NCBI GenBank assembly: GCA_040954595.2
Contig: CM082590.2
Span: 3,658,001 to 3,722,000, forward strand
Direction: 5' to 3'
DNA: 64,000 nucleotides
From: Balanoglossus misakiensis
Taxonomy: Eukaryota > Animalia > Hemichordata
Under the pieces are notes generated by a model, which was not told where the DNA came from, did no database searches, and saw only the letters and a program-made list of their open reading frames with translations. This document shows, one piece after another, positions 24,701 through 32,700 of this stretch (position 1 is its first letter; the number at the start of each line of letters is the position of its first letter). The position numbers were made by a program, and so were the translations under genes.

Positions 24701-27700
24701 TTTCATTCAGTTCTCTTGCCTCCGCCAGTAGTTTTTTGTTTGTTTCACGTTCTTCCTTTGTCATGTCATGGGTGACTGATATTTTTTTGAAAAGGCTACC
24801 AGAGGGAACCTCTCGTAGCTTGGGAAGACATTTCATGAAACGCTTTTTTGCAGATACATCAGACATGCAGACTTTGATAGGTCTGGGCCTGCTAGAGACC
24901 AGTTCAGGTGAATTGCTGATTTTGCCAATTCGGACTACATTCTGTATTTGTGTGGTGTCAGCTTCTATCACATCTGCAAATTCACGAAGTACCTTAGTAT
25001 CTGCCATTTTTCTTCCGGCTGGATCAGGATTTATCTGCTCGGGAACACCGTAGATAATCAAATTCTTCTCTCTATCTGTGCTCTCTCTAAGTTCCTGTAC
25101 TTTCTTTTTCACCGACTCATCGATGTTGCCAAATGAGTTGGCATTTGCGGGTCCTTCAGCATTAATGTACTCTTTTATAACTGCTTTCACTTTGTCTTCA
25201 TCGACTTTGGTCTTCATACTGATTTCTAGATTGGTGATTCTGTCTTCCATTGATTTTAGAAATGCTGTACAGCGTGCTTCTACTTCACTGTCAGTTCGAA
25301 TGTTTTTCATCACCTTCTCTTCGCAAGAGCAACAGAACCAATGAAGCACGGGATTTTTAAACATTTCATAGTCGTTAGCGGACAGTTCCAAACATTCCCG
25401 ACAGAAGTTCTTCGAGCAATATTCACATTGCACAATTTCCGCGTTGGCGTCAGGAAATTTTTCTGTACATACTTCACAAGTCCATACCTCTTGGTCCTGG
25501 CGCAGTTGTCTAGCTGTCTGTCTTTTGGTGAGAGAGTTTGAACGCGGCCTGGCTCCTGAAGGTTTCGGTCCTGGCATTGTGAATGCCACTAGTGAAAGTT
25601 CCAATATGGCGTCCAAGCACTACACCGGCAAGGCGACCGACGGAAAACAAGAATCACACCAACCTCTCAGAATTACCACCACAGTAACTAGAAACGACAC
25701 ACAGCAGGCGACGAACTTCTAAACGACACGATGACCGGTGATTACGACGGCAAAAGAATTATAAACGCAAAAAAAACCAACTAAACAATCTCAGCACATC
25801 TAAGCTCGCTGCTGGTCATAAACCGGAACCGGAACCGTTGATGTAAGTTGAAGTCTGGCCCGCTATGAACCCAGCATTGGCATGGGACATCTTGAAATTT
25901 TCAATCTCACCAATTACTCTAACAGATAAACATGGCGGACGTGATACACCCGACACACACAATCCCTCGTGTTTCTCTGTTGATGTAAGTTGAAGTCTGG
26001 CCCGCTATGAACCCAATATTGGCATGGGACATCTTGAAATTTTCAATCACACTAAGTACTCTAACAGATAAACATGGCGGACGTGATACACCCGACACAT
26101 ATAATCCCTTCTTTTTTCTCTGTTGATGTAAGTTGAAGTCTGGCCCGCTATGAACCCAATATTGGCATGGGACATCACTGCAACAATGTTTGTATCCATT
26201 GAATGGAACCGGAATCACTTACTACATTTTATACAATCTTAAACTCTAAATGTTTGGGGTCACTGGACGAGTAAATTAAATTAAGAAAGGGTACAATCAT
26301 TGAATATGTGAAAATATCTCGTTTTAGACTTATGCAAATTATATATTTTATGTATTGGATCCTAAGTTAATTGTTTTTATGACTATCTGTCATAATTGAC
26401 GACTTTTCTCCAAATTTAAGGTTTTGATCTTATTCGCAATTAAAAAAATATGTTTTGAGAAAGAAAATATCAAAGTTGCAACTGAATCGGCAAAATCTTC
26501 TCAAATATTGACATTTCAAAACCAATTAAAGTACTAAAGTGGGAGTAATCATCAATTTCACTTCGTTCAAATTGTTTTTTCTCCAACATATTTTGTGTTG
26601 TCCTTGCACAACAAGTGTTAGTAACCTAAGTATGTTAGCCCTATTTTCAAGATATATTAATTTCTAAACGTCACATGACAATTTAGCTTTGGAAAAATAT
26701 GTTTTCTTTACTGGTACAGAAAAATACAGCGAGATAATTACTATGGTTTGTTGCTTACATGAGGGATTAGTACAAGAGATTACCGCCTGGGGGCAGGCTA
26801 CACCCTCGGTCGGCAACAGAGTTGACATTCGCTTGACCTTTCCTGCATGAATGGTCTACGGGATCGTTAAAATTCGTCGAATCGAGGCGAGGAGAAATAA
26901 TTGATTTTGGGAAAACGACTTCCCACCTTGGTTACCCCTCTCTTTAAAATATCAAATAGCTTATGTTATGTCTTGATTACAATGTGTATTTTTAATTACT
27001 TTAAGAAAAACAACATGGAAATATTTTTTGTGTGTGTTAGTGAGTACAGACATGAAATATAAACTTAAAAGACTGGAAATCTTTTGAATTGAATTTAACT
27101 AGCATATGAAAGGTTTTTAGTCCATCAGTGCAACTCAAGGACACTTCGTTTGCTCTATATCATATTAGTTACTACTGCGGCATGGCGTTGTAAAAGTGTG
27201 AGGGTGAATTCTTACCCAGGTCCAGCCTGCCCTCTTGTATACACCCTTACTCTTTGCATTGACATCGTACCCATCAGCTATCATCGACTGAATCCTTGCA
27301 ACATCACCATCCCGAGCGGCATCAATCAGATCCTATAACATTCAATGAAATATGCAATTGTTAATGTTTCTGTGTATTCCATTAAATATATTAAAGTTCT
27401 TCAGATCCCTGATTCTGAACAAACCAAATACAGAAAGACTGACACAGTGATAGCTACAAAGATATATCTTGACAATAAACTGCGATATCGCATTGAAATA
27501 TTACTGAATAAATACAAAAACTGTTTCACTCCAGAATGTACTAGATAATGGAAGTGCCCGGATGAGCGCTGAGCACTCTATGCAACAGTCTCAAGAATAC
27601 ACTGAACAAATGGAATGAAAGTATCACTATTAAATCTTTGAAACCTCTGTGTGGGCAAATTATTGGGTAGAGACAGAAACTTGTGGGTCATCCAACGGCT

Positions 27701-29198
27701 TTGCTTCTGGTCGTTGATATGCCTCCCAAAAAGTACTTTTGTCTATTGGATAGGGTTTGCGTAATTTTCATACATTCAAATAGCAAGCACAAGGTAACAT
27801 GAATAGACAACCAGTCCTGTATTTCAGAGATTGTACTTATGCACATTTATAGTTTAATATTATCAATAATTGCAATATGTGTAACACATTTAGGGTTTTC
27901 ATCCTGTTGAGCTGAATACAGATTCATCAACAGTCAGCATCGGTAGCCACTGCATGTCAGACAATCATGAAGGAAGAATGTCGACCATTGAAACTAATCC
28001 GTAAGAATCACTCAAATGTTTCCTACTTGGTGGTCGTTGGTGTGTACAATGTAGTCCCAAGTTTATTAGTCATCATTATACATTTTATAATATTGACATT
28101 TACGCGATGCGTTCGTACAAACGCCCATGTTATTACAGACAAGGAGATACAATTTTGTAAGTGATTTTATCGCGAAATATCGTGAATAAATTACTCAGTC
28201 AACACTTTTTCAAACTGAATGTATCAAAACCAAAGCGAAGTAAACATGACGTCATCACAATGAAAAGTCAACGGAAACTAGCAGAAACCCGGAAAGTACA
28301 AACACTACGGCATATTATTTTCCCAGGGTTTGGACCAACATGTATATGACGCTAACATATTTTGATCTTTCAGAATGGTCAGTTCGATTGGTTCATTTTT
28401 AAAAAGTTTACTCGTGTGTATACACACATGTATCATCAACCTGTCGCGTCGTCTGTCGGCAAAGGATACGGAGAAGATTGAGTCAGCTCATGGGGAATTC
28501 ATCATTATCCAGGACCCCTTATGACCAACACCATGCCTGCGTCACCTTGAATGAACTCGTTTCGGGTCAAAGGTTATAATTTGATTTGGCGTCAATCTGA
28601 CTGCCCCATATATAGACACATTGCTAGACATGGTTACAAAGTAGGCCTAACACAGACATGGATTTCAATGGGTGTTTTATCTAAAGCTAGAACTTGCTCG
28701 TAAAATTGTGATTACTTAGGACTTGCTCAACCGGTAAAATAATTTTTGAAAAAATATCGTTCAATGGAGACTTGGACTTGTGAATGGAAAACATTGTGAT
28801 TAGTGTGACTTTTTTGTCAACTGGGTAATTGTTTATTTATGAATGCACTATCTAGCAATACACACAGACACTAGAAGTTTCTATGTTTTCCGTGTGTAGG
28901 GCAAGCTGACCCGTTGAAAAATAATAAACCTATTAGGCACCGACTAGCGCCACAAGTGTAAACGTAACCGTCGTATGTTTTGCGACCAAAAAGGCTGGTT
29001 AAATTTACGTGCATGGGGTTGAAGGGAGAAATTTTGAACAACAGTTCTCAGTCCACAAAACAAACAAAATACAAAACCACTCATAAAAACAGTCGTCGTA
29101 CACGTCACTGCCAGACATCGTTGCCCTTGGTGTGAAATGTCAGTTACTACAGTTAACAATTCGCTTACCTGTGGATCCTTAAATTTTCCGGAAGCCAT
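575..29198 (-). CDS. Ankyrin-ROC-COR-death domain protein (kinase-less DAPK1-like ROCO protein), 13 coding exons, ~918 aa
   Basis: Exons 29169-29198, 27216-27332, 19080-19178, 14430-14528, 9492-9590, 7968-8066, 5682-5738, 4573-4704, 3950-4243, 3525-3672, 2966-3114, 2267-2452, 575-1822 all have GT-AG boundaries, compatible phases, and join to 2757 nt with no internal stop. Motifs: ankyrin TALH/APLH/TPLD, P-loop GFGGVGKT, switch I TPGIDV, DFAGQxEYYxTHxxFL, COR-like FTPGLFPRLQ and IWKNG, death-domain-like GNDYRAMADLMG...SPTQHALSVW. Confidence 0.88.
1907..2115. repeat. (TATG)n microsatellite, intronic
   Basis: Directly visible; source of the spurious MYVC/HTYI ORFs. Confidence 0.97.
2267..2452 (-). 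CDS. Exon 12 (COR N-terminal part, KKEKIPRLC...YLDSIGE)
   Basis: acag|AAG acceptor, GAG|gtaaat donor, 186 nt, phase 0-0; resembles the COR 'yLh.iGe' motif. Confidence 0.85.
2966..3114 (-). CDS. Exon 11 (end of ROC, KWVVEEVRKELKKKFGDYLNIVDETVLVNCHDSQSEAMGRLRVILRGFK)
   Basis: AG/GT boundaries, 149 nt, phase 1-0, open frame. Confidence 0.82.
3525..3672 (-). CDS. Exon 10 (ROC, G4-like VILIASRAD)
   Basis: tttcag|ACC acceptor, G|gtgagt donor, 148 nt, phase 0-1. Confidence 0.82.
3709..3775. repeat. (ATCA)n microsatellite
   Basis: Directly visible, imperfect. Confidence 0.85.
3950..4243 (-). CDS. Exon 9 (ROC switch I and G3: TPGIDV, DFAGQCEYYVTHNMFL)
   Basis: Lies within ORF 3863-4285; atacag|GGC and GAG|gtgaga boundaries; 294 nt. 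Confidence 0.9.
4573..4704 (-). CDS. Exon 8 (ROC P-loop, RVHVCGFGGVGKTTLVKSL)
   Basis: 132 nt, phase 0-0, catcag|GAC and CGG|gtaac. Confidence 0.9.
4854..5199. mobile_element. Palindromic MITE flanked by TTAA (Kolobok/piggyBac-like)
   Basis: ttaa|atggacaaaatctctctcactgcc ... ggcagtgagagagagactttgtccct|ttaa; imperfect hairpin over whole length; second copy at 16541-16875. Confidence 0.75.
5682..5738 (-). CDS. Exon 7 (terminal ankyrin half-repeat GGKTPLDFAYDRRFKSLLK)
   Basis: 57 nt, phase 0-0, ttacag|GGC and AAG|gtaata. Confidence 0.8.
6430..7332 (+). repeat. ~900-bp interspersed repeat, copy 1 of 3
   Basis: Colinear with 11333-12276 and 15280-16202; central GC-rich inverted repeat (gaaacgcagctgttcc...ggaacagctgcatttc). 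Confidence 0.85.
7968..8066 (-). CDS. Exon 6, ankyrin repeat B2 (IGRAPLHFAAGSGHGGVMKLLLQSNASVDVKDN)
   Basis: 99 nt, phase 0-0, catag|...|gtaagt. Confidence 0.9.
8800..8941. mobile_element. Fragment of probable non-autonomous DNA transposon (CCCGGGGGGGTACTC-type end)
   Basis: Minus strand reads ccggggggggggg-tactcccataggaaggtgtacgggtatgtgcc; partner end not found. Confidence 0.4.
9492..9590 (-). CDS. Exon 5, ankyrin repeat A2 (GGYTALHVAAEANQLKVAQVLIDHGADVNAKNR)
   Basis: 99 nt, phase 0-0, tttcag|...|gtaagt. Confidence 0.9.
10334..10507. mobile_element. Small hairpin MITE
   Basis: atctgattaaaatcagacgtagagttaggcgttgtctttacctatgg pairs imperfectly with ccatagtaaagacaccgcctaattctacatccgatttaatcagat. 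Confidence 0.6.
11333..12276 (+). repeat. ~900-bp interspersed repeat, copy 2 of 3
   Basis: Alignment to 6430-7332 and 15280-16202. Confidence 0.85.
12400..13505. mobile_element. PIF/Harbinger-type MITE, TAA target-site duplication
   Basis: TIR GGGACCGTTCAGTTTTTACGGC at both ends, TAA on both sides; the empty site (ggaatc-taa-ccgacg) is present in the paralogous intron at ~7450. Confidence 0.92.
13628..13842. repeat. Local direct duplication of ~80 bp
   Basis: cctc.ataccagc...gcagtcgccacgacctactaggatcttcagttgctgtcatgcccagtctacgcta occurs twice, about 133 bp apart. Confidence 0.8.
14430..14528 (-). CDS. Exon 4, ankyrin repeat B1 (SGLAPLHKAAQWGYVDVVRLLLQSNASVDVQNN)
   Basis: 99 nt, phase 0-0, cacag|...|gtaagt. 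Confidence 0.9.
15280..16202 (+). repeat. ~900-bp interspersed repeat, copy 3 of 3
   Basis: Alignment to the other two copies. Confidence 0.85.
16541..16875. mobile_element. Second, left-truncated copy of the TTAA MITE
   Basis: Homologous to 4854-5199, ending gactttgtccct|ttaa. Confidence 0.75.
18047..18557. mobile_element. MITE with 8-bp TSD (AGCTGAAC); Merlin/MuDR/hAT-like, family uncertain
   Basis: AGCTGAAC at 18039-18046 and 18558-18565; TIR ggt....gtcacttcgacccctggcc; internal gtcacttcgacccc sub-repeats. Confidence 0.8.
19080..19178 (-). CDS. Exon 3, ankyrin repeat A1 (SGSTALHVTAWENKLEVAQVLIDHGADVNAKDV)
   Basis: 99 nt, phase 0-0, tttcag|...|gtaagt. Confidence 0.9.
21643..24621 (-). 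CDS. LINE ORF2: APE endonuclease + reverse transcriptase
   Basis: YTNADSL, IAISE, YRSP, GDFN, LDLL, SDH (APE); KSPGPDG, NYRPISLTS, QFGF, DFMKAFDKV, GVPQGSVLGP, LFADD (RT). Confidence 0.96.
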   Translation of the reverse strand: MNEEKNAVNRSVHSLNGQDLHVIYTNADSLPNKFDELLQRYINNNDATAPDIIAISEVLPKNLRYTINPSELAFENYELFPNDFPSKAKRGILIYAKKKLNAQLVEFHSAFEECVWIKIDLKDADKLLIGCVYRSPSSSEVNHSHLCDMLKSICNDSANFTHLIITGDFNYPDIDWSSWTAKCQNSELFLECLRDCYVQQMITEPTRTRVNQEPSILDLLIVNDENCITSIEHDSPLGSSDHCVLRFDVKCYTINNSASTTRYNYSKADIMGIKTDLSIDWEHLLQNKTTDEAYDLFMEVWNATMKKNVPVKTYRLNAYKDRPPLDPKTVKCIKRKHRLWKRYMESRDPVKYREYCKARNKLKSIVKNDRKAREKSIAESTKTNCKIFWHYVNSKRKVKSGISELQVTENGQLLTASSDKEKAEFLANFFSSVFSSEGESIDNFPVLNGNHEDIISSDSPFTKLEVRKFLLHLDVTKSPGPDGVHPKILNALAYIIDLPLTIIFNKSFFSGVVPKAWKEAQISALFKKGNKKSPSNYRPISLTSIICKTMEKLVRKKIVSHMDKHDLFSNKQFGFISGRSTTLQLLKVLDHWTSILDDGGIINAVYMDFMKAFDKVSHKRLLVKLTHYGISPTTCKWIQEFLRNRSQRVCVNGQFSSWHHVISGVPQGSVLGPILFVIFINDLPDCVASNVYLFADDTKIYNVIKTAADSSQIQSDLSRLSHWSNDWLLKFHPDKCKVLPIHSKNKSTNTTSYNMCRPDGTNTTLEIVKYEKDIGVIVDSNLNFEKHIQTQVNKANKIVGLIRRTFNYLNNVIFKLLFIALVRPILEYGGCVWNPHKAKDIDCIENVQRRATKLLPGLKNISYEERLKLLDLPSLSYGRLRGDLIETFKILSGVYDCRVSEGLFRLSSHKHTRGHPLKVDIGHCKLNSRRNFFTNRIAAIWNNLPAQVVTANSVNTFKNRLDIFLATQPMKYNYSEPYIMQTRSDKTTSTME
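24624..25616 (-). CDS. LINE ORF1: PHD-type zinc finger, coiled coil, RRM-like region
   Basis: CEVC...VQCEYCSKNFCRECL...WFCCSC; REKNLIIYGVPE; RIGK...RPRPIKV; HDMTKEER, typical of CR1/L2-group ORF1. Confidence 0.88.
   Translation of the reverse strand: MDAILELSLVAFTMPGPKPSGARPRSNSLTKRQTARQLRQDQEVWTCEVCTEKFPDANAEIVQCEYCSKNFCRECLELSANDYEMFKNPVLHWFCCSCEEKVMKNIRTDSEVEARCTAFLKSMEDRITNLEISMKTKVDEDKVKAVIKEYINAEGPANANSFGNIDESVKKKVQELRESTDREKNLIIYGVPEQINPDPAGRKMADTKVLREFADVIEADTTQIQNVVRIGKISNSPELVSSRPRPIKVCMSDVSAKKRFMKCLPKLREVPSGSLFKKISVTHDMTKEERETNKKLLAEARELNEKSSGDFRFLVRGPPWERKIIKVKGK
27216..27332 (-). CDS. Exon 2, N-cap ankyrin repeat (DLIDAARDGDVARIQSMIADGYDVNAKSKGVYKRAGWTW)
   Basis: 117 nt, phase 0-0, ttatag|GAT and TGG|gtaaga. 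Confidence 0.8.
29169..29198 (-). CDS. Candidate first coding exon (MASGKFKDPQ)
   Basis: atcATGG start context, strong CAG|gtaagc donor, phase 0 matching exon 2; short, so less certain. Confidence 0.6.
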
Positions 29199-29737
29199 GA
29201 TTACGTCATTGACATTGTGTTGGAATACTTCAAGTATCTGGATCAGTATCACCGCTCTCTAGAGTTGAACAAGTCACCTTCTTATGTGTTCAAAATGGCG
29301 TTGACTACCTGGTCAGGTGACGTTGACAAAATTTTCGGGACATAGTCTGATAAATGAGAAAGTACGTTAAAACAACAAAAAATACCGGCTTTTGGTCAAA
29401 GTTCATGACACCATAAAGGTGTGATATATGAAATATACGTCAATACTATGGTGACGTCACAGCATAATTCATTCAATTTGTTTGTTTCTGAGTTAATCAC
29501 AAACTTAGTCGGCACATTCAAAGGAAAGTTTAATGAGAGCATGAGCAACACATGACGTGAATGAAGTGACATATCTCCACTTCGCAATACTCAGTCCAGG
29601 ACTATGACATTACTCTAGGCAATGAAACGCGATCATGATGACTATGATTCTAACTGAACCTGGTCTGCCACACACTTCAACTACATAAAGCGTACGGGCG
29701 TTCCTCGCAGGCTTTCGCATGCGTGTGTAGGCTCTGG

Positions 29738-32700
29738 CCCCGCCGAGTGAGAAAGGGAACGCACCGTATTGGTGTTCTGTAGCAGGCGCGGTATGTAACG
29801 CATGGAGACAGGAAAAGGAGGGATGGCTAGCATGCCGCGTCTCCAGGCTTCCCCTGGCGGGACCTCACTCAATTCCCCGCCGAGTTAGAAAGGGAACGCA
29901 CCGTATTGGTGTTCTGTAGCAGGCGCGGTATGTAACCCATGCAGACAGGAAAAGGAGGGGTGGCTAGCATGCTGCATCTCCAGGCCTCCCCTGGCGGGAC
30001 CTCGCTCAAATCCCGCCGAGTTAGAAAGGGAACGCACGGTATTGGTGTTCTGTAGCAGGCGCGGTATGTAACCCATGCAGACAGGAAAAGGAGGGGTGGC
30101 TAGCATGCTGCATCTCCAGGCCTCCCCTGGCGGGACCTCGCTCAATTCCCCGCTGAGTTAGAAAGGGAACGCACCGTATTGGTGTTCTGTAGCAGGCGCG
30201 GTATGTAACCCATGGAGACAGGAAAAGGAGGGATGGCTAACATGCCGTGTCTCCAGGCTTCCCCTGGCGGGACCTCGCTCAATTCCCCGCCGAGTTAGAA
30301 AGGGAACGCACCGTATTGGTGTTCTGTAGCTGGCGCGGTATGTAACCCATGGAGACAGGAAAAGGAGGGATGGCTAGCATGCCACATCTCCAGGCTTCCC
30401 CTGGCGGGACCTCACTCAAGTCCCCGCCGAGTTAGAAAGGGAACGCGTCGTGTCGGTGTTCTTTAGCAGGCGCGGTATGTAACCCATGGAGACAGGAAAA
30501 GGAGGGATGGCTAGCATGCCGCGTCTCCAGGCTTCCCCTGGCGGGACCTCGCCCAAGTCCCCGCCGAGTTAGAAAGGGAACGCGTCGTGTCGGTGTTCTT
30601 TAGCAGGCGCGGTATGTAACCCATGGAGACAGGAAAAGGAGGGATGGCTAGCATGCCACATCTCCAGGCTTCCCCTGGCGGGACCTCACTCAAGTCCCCG
30701 CCGAGTTAGAAAGGGAACGCGTCGTGTCGGTGTTCTTTAGCAGGCGCGGTATGTAACCCATGGAGACAGGAAAAGGAGGGATGGCTAGCATGCCGCGTCT
30801 CCAGGCTTCCCCTGGCGGGACCTCGCCCAAGTCCCCGCCGAGTTAGAAAGGGAACGCGTCGTGTCGGTGTTCTTTAGCAGGCGCGGTATGTAACCCATGG
30901 AGACAGGAAAAGGAGGGATGGCTAGCATGCCACATCTCCAGGCTTCCCCTGGCGGGACCTCACTCAAGTCCCCGCCGAGTTAGAAAGGGAACGCGTCGTG
31001 TCGGTGTTCTTTAGCAGGCGCGGTATGTAACCCATGGAGACAGGAAAAGGAGGGATGGCTAGCATGCCCCGTCTCCAGGCTTCCCCTGGCGGGACCTCAC
31101 TCAAGTCCCCGCCGAGTTAGAAAGGGAACGCGTCGTGTCGGTGTTCTGTAGCAGGCGCAGTATGTAACCCATGGAGACAGGAAAAGGAGGGATGGCTAGC
31201 ATGCCGCGTCTCCAGGCTTCCCCTGGCGAGACCTCACTCAAGTCCCCGCCGAGTTAGAAAGGTAACGCACGGTATTGGTGTTCTGTAGCAGGCGCGGTAT
31301 GTAACCCATGGAGACATGAAAAGGAGGGATGGCTAGCATGCCGCGTCTCCAGGCTTCCCCTGGCGGGACCTCACGCAAGTCCCCGCCGAGTGAGAAAGGT
31401 AACGCACGGTATTGGTGTTCTGTAGCAGGCGCGGTATGTAACCCATGGAGACAGGAAAAGGAGGGATGGCTAGCATGCCGCGTCTCCAGGCTTCCCCGTG
31501 GCGGGACCTCACTCAAGTCCCCGCCGATTTAGAAAGGGAACGCGTCGTGTCGGTGTTCTGTAGCAGGCGCAGTATGTAACCCATGGAGACAGGAAAAGGA
31601 TGGGTGGCTAGCATGCCACATCTCCAGGCTTCCCCTGGCGGGACCTCGCTCAAGTCCCCGCCGAGTCAGAAAGGGAACGCATCGTATTGGTGTTCTGTAG
31701 CAGGCGCAGTATGTAACCCATGGAGACAGGAAAAGGAGGGATGGCTAGCATGCCGCGTCTCCAGGCTTCCCCTGGCGGGACCTCGCTCAAGTCCCCGCCG
31801 AGTTAGAAAGGGAACGCGTCGTGTCGGTGTTCTTTAGCAGGCGCGGTATGTAACCCATGGAGACAGGAAAAGGAGGGATGGCTAGCATGCCGCGTCTCCA
31901 GGCTTCCCCTGGCGGGACCTCACTCAAGTCCCCGCCGAGTTAGAAAGGGAACGCGTCGTGTCGGTGTTCTGTAGCAGGCGCAGTATGTAACCCATGGAGA
32001 CAGGAAAAGGATGGGTGGCTAGCATGCCACATCTCCAGGCTTCCCCTGGCGGGACCTCGCTCAAGTCCCCGCCGAGTTAGAAAGGGAACGCGTCGTGTCA
32101 GTGTTCTTTAGCAGGCGCGGTATGTAACACATGGAGACAGGAAAAGGAGGGATGGCTAGCATGCTGCGTCTCCAGGCTTCCCCTGGCAGGACCTCGCTCA
32201 AGTCCCCGCCGAGTTAGAAAGGGAACGCGCCGTGTCGGTGTCCTTTAGCAGGCGCGGTATGTAACGCATGGAGACAGGAAAAGGAGGGATGACTAGCATG
32301 CCGCGTCTCCAGGCTTCCCCTGGCGGGACCTCGCTCAAGTCCCCGCCGAGTCAGAAAGGGAACGCGTCGTGTCGGTGTTCTTTAGCAGGCGCGGTATGTA
32401 ACCCATGGATACAGGAAAAGGATGGGTGGCTAGCATGCCACATCTCCAGGCTTCCCCTGGCGGGACCTCACTCAAGTCCCCGCCGAGTTAGAAAGGGAAC
32501 GCACCGTGTCGGTGTTCTTTAGCAGGCGCGGTATGTAACGCATGGATACAGGAAAAGGAGGGATGGCTAGCATGCCACATCTCCAGGCTTCCCCTGGCGG
32601 GGCCTCGCTCAAGTCCCCGCCGAGTTAGAAAGGGAACGCGCCGTGTCGGTGTTCTGTAGCAGGCGCGGTATGTAACGCATGGAGACAGGAAAAGGAGGGA

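Larger units (their letters stand above)
21580..25836 (-). mobile_element. Full-length non-LTR retrotransposon, CR1-like clade
   Basis: Two intact ORFs, ~220-bp 5' UTR, very short 3' UTR ending in (CCTAA)4; the satellite monomer resumes exactly across the insertion with GTT on both sides. Confidence 0.93.
19500..26175. repeat. Intronic 140-143-bp tandem satellite, ~17 copies, split by a LINE
   Basis: Unit ...ctctaacagataaacatggcggacgtgatacacccgacac...gttgatgtaagttgaagtctggcccgctatgaacccaatattggcatgggacatcttgaaattttcaatc...; about 14.5 copies at 19500-21579 and about 2.5 at 25837-26175. Confidence 0.97.

Noticed and set aside
26759-26842. Possible extra 84-nt minus-strand exon with AG/GTAAG boundaries
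   Set aside because: Contains an in-frame TAG in phase 0 and has no ankyrin similarity; at most a cryptic exon.
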